Program-made: the position numbers and the translations under genes
Shown: piece after piece, positions 48,033 through 53,922 of the stretch
Layout of the letters: each line of letters begins with the position of its first letter
Numbering within the stretch: the stretch's first letter is position 1
Virus record (IMG/VR): IMGVR_UViG_3300010354_000116
Span: 1 to 53,922 of that record
Strand: one strand, 5' to 3'
From: a virus
Lineage: Duplodnaviria; Caudoviricetes
DNA length: 53,922 bases
The notes under the pieces: generated by a model
What the model was told of the DNA's origin: nothing
Database searches by the model: none
The model's input: the letters and a program-made list of their open reading frames with translations, nothing else

Positions 48033-48033
48033 A

Positions 48034-50331
48034 TCACTCACCACCGTAGCTTTTTGCCACTTTACCTTCGCAGTTCAAAGGAAGCGTAAGCGCCCATTGC
48101 GGACGTATCCGCATACAGTTCTCTACGTACTGCAGCCCTTCCTCGGCTTCGTTCTCCGGCACCACGCAGCCAATCGCGTCATGCACCGTCATCACTACCT
48201 TATACTTCTTAGCCACAAGCAACATGTGTTCACCGACTACAATACGCGCCAAGGCTTGGCAGATATTTTCTATATTCTTACCGCCGTATATCTTGTTGGG
48301 TATGGTCGCTCGTCCCTTCTTCATGTCGTAAACAAGCTCTGCGTGCCCCTCGTCGTTCTTAACTTTACGCAAGTTGGGGTACTGGATGTAAAGGCCGTTT
48401 GGCAACCGTATACCTGCCCCACCTTCTACTGATAGCACGCCGTCCAACCCAAGCGGTGCTGTTTTACTTTGCATGAGGGCGAGCAGCGCATCATTTGCTT
48501 GCTTCCATAATTGCGGGATGTTGGGGTAAGTAGCACGGTACACGTGGATAACCCGCTCGCATTCCTCTAACGGCATATCCACACCAAAGTTTTTAAGTTG
48601 TGCTTGGAACTTGGCCGCACCCATCCCATAGCCACAGTTATGGACTATAAGCGGCCCTGCATCCGTCGCAATTGTGTATCTGTTCCTCGGCCCTGCGTAA
48701 GCGATGTCGTAGGTCATCAAGTTCTGTTTGCATAATTTTGACCTTTCGTCTGTTCTTCGCGTTTTCAGAGCGAGTAGCGAACCTGAGATTGCCGGGTTCA
48801 TACCCCCGGTTGTTGTCCCCCTTAACATAGCCTGTGACGGTAAGTTTTCCGCTCCGGTAGCCAGTGCCCGGGAGCGCGTATTTTCGTCGGTTACCAGATA
48901 TTGCCACTCCGTCCACCGGGTCCCGCACAATACGCGGTGATCTGGAGTCAACCAGACGCCGCAACTCTTCCACGTTTCTTTGAAGCCTTTCCTCAGTAAT
49001 CCGCGATGGCATACCCATTCCTCCCCATCCCAAAGTTTGTCGTGTAGGGTCACCGTTTCAATCGGTTTCCACCCCGACTCGCATAGTGTGAGAGTTCCCT
49101 CGGCAATACAACCTAGTATGGTCGTCTTTCCCACAAAGCGTTCGCCTTTGCTAATCTCCTCCTGCGGCTTGCCGTAGATAGCTGAGGCCATGATTTTGTA
49201 CACGTCGTCACCACGAGCAAACGCGTCGACCAGATCATCCTGCTGCGCCAACCATGCCAACACACGCGCTTCAATCTGAGACAAGTCGCAGTCCACAAAC
49301 ATATACCCAGCAGGAGCACGGATGGCATGCTTGAGCGTAGACCCACGTGGTAGGTTCTGCATGTTTATGAGTTCATCCCCGCCCCAGCGACCGGTTCGCG
49401 CAGCGTAGTAACGCAGTGGTATCGGGAGTGCTCCCCGCTGAGCGATCTGTATGAATCGCTCCGTTCTTGTTTCTTCCAGCGTAGACTTAACACCCAACCG
49501 AGCAGCCGCCAGTGCTTGCACGTATTCGTTCTCATGCTCCAACAAGGCGCGGAACCCTTCGTCTGTCTTAGCCAGTGCATAAGTTTGCTTGCCAGTAGTC
49601 AGACTGGTTTTCATCGGCGGCTCTACTGCGTATTGCCGTAGTAGTTGTGCGAACTGCGGGTTACTGCGCAGCATCTTGGGGTCTTGCGTCACTTTTTGTG
49701 TGAGTTCTTCCCGTCTGGTGCGAACAGCCTGCAAGTGTTGCTGCAGCATCGGTATATCCAGCTCAAGCACAGGCTCTGTAAACATGCGGATAGTGAGGTC
49801 GATCAAGCTCAACTCAAACGCAGGGAAACGGTGCAGCAACCGTGCGAACAACTTGGAGGTCAGCACCACGTCGTTGCAGCAATATTCCCCGTATGCCTGT
49901 AGCTGTTGTGGGGTGAAGTCCAGTCGGCGTTTGCCCAACGCATCGAGCACCTCAGTGCCTTTGACGCCCAAGCCGTAGTGCTCGCTCAACGCAGCCAGTG
50001 ACCCACCCACTTCCGTTGCGTGTTTTGCACGTGCCATAGACAGGGTGTCTGCGATCTTGTGCGGGCGTATACCAAAACACCAAGACAGAATTGCCATATC
50101 AAACTTGGCATTGTGAGCCACTGCAATGCTGTCTTCCCAGTCAAATGTGCGTAGGAACGCAGCCGTCGCATCGTGCGTCCCGCTAAACCACACCGGGGTT
50201 TCCTTGTTGCGTTGCACCGCTACGCCTATCACTTCAAAGCGCGGGTCTCGTATGTACTCCTCGGTGGTCAGTTTGCTGAACCCAAACTCTTTGGAGTAGT
50301 ACGTCTCAAAGTCTACGTACAGAATGTTCAC
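48034..50331 (-). CDS. polA: DNA polymerase family A with 3'-5' exonuclease and intein
   Basis: DFETYY and AHNAKFD (exonuclease); TGRWGG, NMQNLPR, DLSQIEARV (motif A); R.VGKTTILG/CGYG (motif B, split); TVHDAI (motif C). Confidence 0.93.
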   Translation of the reverse strand: MNILYVDFETYYSKEFGFSKLTTEEYIRDPRFEVIGVAVQRNKETPVWFSGTHDATAAFLRTFDWEDSIAVAHNAKFDMAILSWCFGIRPHKIADTLSMARAKHATEVGGSLAALSEHYGLGVKGTEVLDALGKRRLDFTPQQLQAYGEYCCNDVVLTSKLFARLLHRFPAFELSLIDLTIRMFTEPVLELDIPMLQQHLQAVRTRREELTQKVTQDPKMLRSNPQFAQLLRQYAVEPPMKTSLTTGKQTYALAKTDEGFRALLEHENEYVQALAAARLGVKSTLEETRTERFIQIAQRGALPIPLRYYAARTGRWGGDELINMQNLPRGSTLKHAIRAPAGYMFVDCDLSQIEARVLAWLAQQDDLVDAFARGDDVYKIMASAIYGKPQEEISKGERFVGKTTILGCIAEGTLTLCESGWKPIETVTLHDKLWDGEEWVCHRGLLRKGFKETWKSCGVWLTPDHRVLCGTRWTEWQYLVTDENTRSRALATGAENLPSQAMLRGTTTGGMNPAISGSLLALKTRRTDERSKLCKQNLMTYDIAYAGPRNRYTIATDAGPLIVHNCGYGMGAAKFQAQLKNFGVDMPLEECERVIHVYRATYPNIPQLWKQANDALLALMQSKTAPLGLDGVLSVEGGAGIRLPNGLYIQYPNLRKVKNDEGHAELVYDMKKGRATIPNKIYGGKNIENICQALARIVVGEHMLLVAKKYKVVMTVHDAIGCVVPENEAEEGLQYVENCMRIRPQWALTLPLNCEGKVAKSYGGE
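48637..49110 (-). mobile_element. intein (158 aa) in PolA motif B
   Basis: Block A CIAEGT, block B LTPDHRV, block F TYDI...RYTI, block G IVHN, +1 Cys; removal restores KTTILG-CGYGMG. Confidence 0.92.
48638..49012 (-). CDS. nested out-of-frame HNH-type endonuclease, internally truncated, within the intein
   Basis: GGAGGA SD 6 nt before ATG 49012; 124 codons with GYRSGKLTV and DNNRGYEPGNLRFATRSENAKNRR; TAA overlaps the intein His-Asn codons. Confidence 0.7.
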   Translation of the reverse strand: MPSRITEERLQRNVEELRRLVDSRSPRIVRDPVDGVAISGNRRKYALPGTGYRSGKLTVTGYVKGDNNRGYEPGNLRFATRSENAKNRRKVKIMQTELDDLRHRLRRAEEQIHNCDGCRAAYSP

Positions 50332-50615
50332 GCATTGCCCCCTGTTGTGGAGGTACTATCATCACCAGTAGTGAGCACCTGAAGGACATGTTTGGTAAAC
50401 ACCGTAGCTTGTACGTTTGCCAGCGAAGCATTCAACTGCTTTCTTTCCTCGTCAGAGAAGAAGCCGCCCGAGCGGCTCGGGTCAAGCAGGATGTCTACCA
50501 AGGCACGCCACTTCGATATGTTTTTTGGTGTGCGCAATGAGGGAATACCCAGCCGGTCAAACTCCTCCGGGTGGCTCTCCATACGTTTCAAAAGTATCTC
50601 AACTCCCTTGTTCAT
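50328..50615 (-). CDS. hypothetical protein
   Basis: MNKGVEILLKRMESHPEEF; coupled to polA by GTGA overlap. Confidence 0.75.
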   Translation of the reverse strand: MNKGVEILLKRMESHPEEFDRLGIPSLRTPKNISKWRALVDILLDPSRSGGFFSDEERKQLNASLANVQATVFTKHVLQVLTTGDDSTSTTGGNA

Positions 50616-50895
50616 TCAGCAGCGCCTCCAGTACGTCAATGTTGTTCTCGTTAATCACGAGAGAAATACCTCCAGCTTCTTGGATAGCCGCAAGCTCTCT
50701 GAGTTGCAGGGGTGTCGGTTTGTTTGCGCCTGCCTTGCATTCAATCCCAAGAAAGCGTCCACGCACACAACACACCACATCAGGTACTCCAGAACGGCCA
50801 AGGCCGTATGTTGCAGGGAAGAAGTAATACACACTGTGCGCCTTGAGTAAGGCGACAACTTTATTTTTGACTTTGCGTTCGGGAGTAAGTGCCAT
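50599..50895 (-). CDS. VRR-NUC domain nuclease
   Basis: TPERKVK...SGVPD...FLGIECKAG..KPTPLQ...AGG. Confidence 0.88.
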   Translation of the reverse strand: MALTPERKVKNKVVALLKAHSVYYFFPATYGLGRSGVPDVVCCVRGRFLGIECKAGANKPTPLQLRELAAIQEAGGISLVINENNIDVLEALLNEQGS

Positions 50896-50932
50896 ACGTT
50901 GCCTTCCGTTAAAGTAATAAACCCACAGACAA

Positions 50933-50960
50933 ACTATAACATACAACTAGACAATGTAAA
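50933..50960 (-). promoter_or_regulatory. putative sigma70-type promoter
   Basis: TTTACA-16 nt-TATAGT with extended -10 TG, upstream of the VRR-NUC/polA unit. Confidence 0.6.
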
Positions 50961-50986
50961 CAAGCACTACTCCCGTGCTGCGCACA

Positions 50987-51004
50987 ACCTAACAAATGTT
51001 AGGT
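50987..51004. promoter_or_regulatory. 18-bp palindrome (copy 2, one mismatch)
   Basis: ACCTAACAAATGTTAGGT. Confidence 0.6.
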
Positions 51005-51169
51005 ACTGGATTCTGGCGTATCCGTAGTTGCTTCTTGGACGTGTTGTTCAAGCGCATCCCGTATGGCCTTGGTGTAGTTAGGGAACTGTTTGAAATAATC
51101 CAACACATACCCCGGCAAACGCACATTCACATGCACCATTGCACCTGCTTCTTTGTCATACATCTCCAT
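50999..51169 (-). CDS. small ribbon-helix-helix protein, BrnA-antitoxin-like (56 aa)
   Basis: Below track cutoff. AGGAG SD; VHVNVRLPGYVLDYFKQFPNYTKAIRDALEQHV matches the RHH/BrnA C-terminal pattern. Confidence 0.7.
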   Translation of the reverse strand: MEMYDKEAGAMVHVNVRLPGYVLDYFKQFPNYTKAIRDALEQHVQEATTDTPESST

Positions 51170-52019
51170 ACTCTCCTATCACTAAGAAATGATCTTCGTT
51201 AAGTTTAATACCTGTGTCGTATATGAATGTTTCGGCATCCGCTAATTTTAGCTTGCCGAGTTTTTCCGCTAACTTACGGGGTATCTCGCTGCACGGATAT
51301 TGCGCGATCAATGTGTCTGCCATGCACACCACGTAGGTGCCTTTGTGTTGGTGTACGTACACAGCGTCCTTGTCCAACTCGGAAAACAAACGAAGCTCTT
51401 GCACGGACTCCCACATTTTCTCCAGTACCTGCTCGGTAATTCCATGTGCTTTGAACAAGTCATTGAAAAACTCGTAGCTGTTACGGAACATGGGCGCAAG
51501 ATACTGGTTTGCAAACCCCCCAAACTCGTTGCGCCTACCCATTTGTTGCCTACGCAATTTACCTATCAACCGCCCTAACTGCTCTCGTTGATCGCTATAC
51601 CTGCTCACGGGTGTATGCGGAACAAAATACTCCTGCATTATCTTTACCGCCGAGCCGTACTGTTTGGTTATTTTGGCCCCTCTAGGAACGCGTGCTGCTA
51701 TTAAGGGCGAGGAGAACTCCAACGCATCAACCGTTTCGTAGAGCGTTTTTATACTCCCCACCCACGTTCCGTCGTGCATTACGCGTATCTCACGTGCAGC
51801 CCTGACCCCTTCGTTATTCGCATAGGTGCCGGACACCGTGTACAAAAACTGCGGGTGCAGTTGGTGTTGCAAGCGCAGTAGTTTCGCCATCATCGTAGTC
51901 AGCCGCAACGACGATAAGTCAGTTATTGAGGGTACGGTACATGTAACGCACGAGCCTAGTTCCGCTGCCAGCTCAGAAAAAGGCACGTTGAATTTATCGT
52001 GTATGAAGTGCAGTGGCAT
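51156..52019 (-). CDS. hypothetical protein
   Basis: About 287 aa; GAGGT SD before ATG 52019. Confidence 0.7.
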   Translation of the reverse strand: MPLHFIHDKFNVPFSELAAELGSCVTCTVPSITDLSSLRLTTMMAKLLRLQHQLHPQFLYTVSGTYANNEGVRAAREIRVMHDGTWVGSIKTLYETVDALEFSSPLIAARVPRGAKITKQYGSAVKIMQEYFVPHTPVSRYSDQREQLGRLIGKLRRQQMGRRNEFGGFANQYLAPMFRNSYEFFNDLFKAHGITEQVLEKMWESVQELRLFSELDKDAVYVHQHKGTYVVCMADTLIAQYPCSEIPRKLAEKLGKLKLADAETFIYDTGIKLNEDHFLVIGEYGDV

Positions 52020-52026
52020 AGTTACC

Positions 52027-52884
52027 TCACCAGTCAAATTGTCCAAGGATTGAGTCAAGTTTGTTCTTCACGTGGGTGCGCATCGCGGGGGATTCTTTGA
52101 TGTCCTCAACATCCACCCCAGTCAATGCCCGCTCCAGTTGCACGCGAGCACGATCCAGTTGTTGGTCTGCTGTTACGTTCATATGTCCAAGAAGTTTGCA
52201 CAAGTCCAATGCGTTGGAGACAAACGTGTCGTGGAAGCGTTTCTGTTTCTCGTCCTCACTCTCACGCTCTCGGAGTTTGTCACTCATACCGACCAGCATC
52301 TTATGCAAGTCATCCCACGGCTTACGCATGGCATCAGCCAAACGTCGTTCTACTTCCTCCTCACATGAACGTTGCATTTGCAGTAGTTCACTGGCTGGTA
52401 CGTCCACGCAGAAATGGCCTGACTGTGGCACCGGGCTTATCGTTAGCGACCATTTGTACTTCCCCACAATCTCGTGCGCATCTGGGTAGTCTGCCTCGTT
52501 GTACATACCTGCCAAGTAGTTACGCGCAGTCTGTTTCGCGGCTTCGTAATTGGGGATGAACTTCCCCACTAGCGCGTTGAACTTCTGCTCCAGTCGGTTC
52601 ATCTCTGCTTTGTACTCAAGGAACAAACTGGTGGGCAGTAACCGCGCACCTCGGTCTTGCCACGGCATCGTCTGCTCGTTATTAAACAGTCGGCAGCGAG
52701 CGGCATGTAGTTCAATGTCCTTTGCCAAAGACGTACCGCACATCAAGTCTTTGTGTACCTTGCCTGCTTTTGCATCGGCTTGGTTGAGGTTGTTAAGCCT
52801 TGTGGTTTGGTGTTTATCCAGACGCTCGGTGCCCCATGTAGAGATGTTCAGTTGTACCAATACAGCGCGATCAGCAATACTCAT
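52027..52884 (-). CDS. conserved phage early protein (DUF3150-like, tentative)
   Basis: AVLVQLNISTW...TMPWQDRGARLLP...YNEADYP; AAGGAG SD. Confidence 0.7.
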   Translation of the reverse strand: MSIADRAVLVQLNISTWGTERLDKHQTTRLNNLNQADAKAGKVHKDLMCGTSLAKDIELHAARCRLFNNEQTMPWQDRGARLLPTSLFLEYKAEMNRLEQKFNALVGKFIPNYEAAKQTARNYLAGMYNEADYPDAHEIVGKYKWSLTISPVPQSGHFCVDVPASELLQMQRSCEEEVERRLADAMRKPWDDLHKMLVGMSDKLRERESEDEKQKRFHDTFVSNALDLCKLLGHMNVTADQQLDRARVQLERALTGVDVEDIKESPAMRTHVKNKLDSILGQFDW

Positions 52885-52911
52885 GGTGTTTCTCCTTGGT
52901 TATGGTGGTTT

Positions 52912-52929
52912 ACCTAACAATTGTTAGGT
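52912..52929. promoter_or_regulatory. 18-bp perfect palindrome (copy 3)
   Basis: ACCTAACAATTGTTAGGT in the 46-nt intergenic gap. Confidence 0.6.
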
Positions 52930-52930
52930 G

Positions 52931-53173
52931 TTACTCAGGTTTGCCTTTTAGCTTGCCCATGCCGTAAAGCGCATCGGACAAAAACTTCAACTCCCCACCC
53001 CCCATTTCTGCGGGGGTGAGTTCGTACACGTGGTGCGAGTTTTGTTTAGTGCTCCAGTTGTGCTTGATTTCATACACTTCTTTGCCATATCGGTGAATAA
53101 GCGCGATCACTTCATCGGCTTGTTCAGGAGTCAATAGGTGCTTACGGTCTTGCAGTTCAAATATGATTCTCAT
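52931..53173 (-). CDS. hypothetical protein
   Basis: 80 aa; GAGGAG SD. Confidence 0.7.
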   Translation of the reverse strand: MRIIFELQDRKHLLTPEQADEVIALIHRYGKEVYEIKHNWSTKQNSHHVYELTPAEMGGGELKFLSDALYGMGKLKGKPE

Positions 53174-53468
53174 GCGTTTCTCCTCTGGTTAGTTTCTTTG
53201 TTGCAAGTAAGCAGATCACATGCTCGGGCGTGAGTGGGTCGGTGTTGCCGTGGCCCTTGCCCTTGCCGTTGCCTTTGCCGTTGAAGTAGCCGTAGCCTTT
53301 GCCGTAGCCGTCGCCGTTGCCGTAGCCGTAGCCGTAGCCTTTGCCGTAGCCGTCGCCGTTGCCGTAGCCGGTGCGGTAGCCGTAGCCGTTGCCGTAGCCG
53401 TCGCCGTAGCCGTCGCCGTGGCCGTGGCCGTGGCCGTAGCCGTTGCCGTTGGGTTTCAACAGGTACAT
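53157..53468 (-). CDS. Gly-X repeat protein (last unit of array)
   Basis: MYLL-(GX)n-DPLTPEHVICLLA; GGAGG SD. Confidence 0.7.
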   Translation of the reverse strand: MYLLKPNGNGYGHGHGHGDGYGDGYGNGYGYRTGYGNGDGYGKGYGYGYGNGDGYGKGYGYFNGKGNGKGKGHGNTDPLTPEHVICLLATKKLTRGETHENHI

Positions 53469-53794
53469 GTCAACCTCCGGGCTGCAAGTAGGCAGATCAC
53501 ATGCTCGGGTGTGATTGGGTCGCCGTAGCCGTCGCCGTCGCCGTTGCCGTAGCCGTAGCCGTAGCCGTAGCCGTCGCCGTAGCCGTCGCCGTAGCCGTCG
53601 CCGTCGCCGTTGCCGTAGCCGTAGCCGTAGCCGTAGCCGTAGCCGTAGCCGTTGCCGTTGCCGTGGCCGCCGTTGCCGTCGCCGCCGTAGCCTTTGCCGT
53701 CGCCGCCGTAGCCTTTGCCGTAGCCGTAGCCGTAGCCGTTGCCGTTGCCGTAGCCGTAGCCGTGGCCGTAGCCGTCTTTGTTCAACAAGTACAT
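53456..53794 (-). CDS. Gly-X repeat protein (middle unit of array)
   Basis: MYLL-(GX)n-DPITPEHVICLLAARRLTCTC; GGAGG SD. Confidence 0.7.
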   Translation of the reverse strand: MYLLNKDGYGHGYGYGNGNGYGYGYGKGYGGDGKGYGGDGNGGHGNGNGYGYGYGYGYGYGNGDGDGYGDGYGDGYGYGYGYGNGDGDGYGDPITPEHVICLLAARRLTCTC

Positions 53795-53922
53795 GTCAAC
53801 CTCCGGGCTGCAAGTAGGCAGATCACATGCTCGGGCGTGAGTGGGTCGGTGTTGCCTCTGCCGTAGCCGTAGCCGTTGCCGTAGCCTTTGCCGTTGCCGT
53901 AGCCGTGGCCGTAGCCGTAGCC
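53782..53922 (-). CDS. Gly-X repeat protein (5' end outside the window)
   Basis: GYGYGHGYGNGKGYGNGYGYGRGNTDPLTPEHVICLLAARRLTCTC then stop. Confidence 0.7.
   Translation of the reverse strand, partial: GYGYGHGYGNGKGYGNGYGYGRGNTDPLTPEHVICLLAARRLTCTC

Noticed and set aside
53220-53866. + strand (VA)n and (RS)n ORFs
   Set aside because: Shadow frames of the hexamer repeat; SDs, constant termini and operon direction support the - strand Gly-X genes.
53157-53922. CRISPR array
   Set aside because: The intervening segments are ~270-nt low-complexity coding repeats rather than unique spacers, and no cas operon is present.
1-53922. Alternative genetic code, tRNA genes, integrase, reverse transcriptase
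   Set aside because: TAA, TAG and TGA all end well-supported genes; none of these elements was recognisable by eye, though they could lie outside the window.

Overview
The window holds most of the genome of a podovirus-like tailed dsDNA phage (Caudoviricetes) in the standard genetic code. The + strand (881-37949) carries the late genes: terminase, P22-like portal, GroES-like co-chaperonin, scaffold, Mu-gpT-like major capsid protein, a cluster of tiny basic proteins, a free-standing GIY-YIG endonuclease, tail proteins, two parallel fibre/receptor-binding cassettes, lysis genes and large internal virion proteins. The - strand (37946-53922 and 2-436) carries early and replication genes: primase/DUF927, SNF2 helicase, Cas4-like nuclease, SleB-like hydrolase, family A DNA polymerase and VRR-NUC. 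The top finding is a 158-aa intein in PolA motif B that contains, in a second reading frame, a nested ORF with its own Shine-Dalgarno site and HNH homing-endonuclease motifs, ending at the intein's His-Asn codons. Other findings are a promoter-preceded pseudoknotted RNA after the capsid gene, a structured 200-nt element after polA, a coupled tandem array of Gly-X repeat genes, a frameshift in terL, a thrice-repeated 18-bp palindrome beside an uncalled RHH gene, and a shared [MYF]xxGG motif. All calls come from motif recognition by eye; no searches or folding programs were run.
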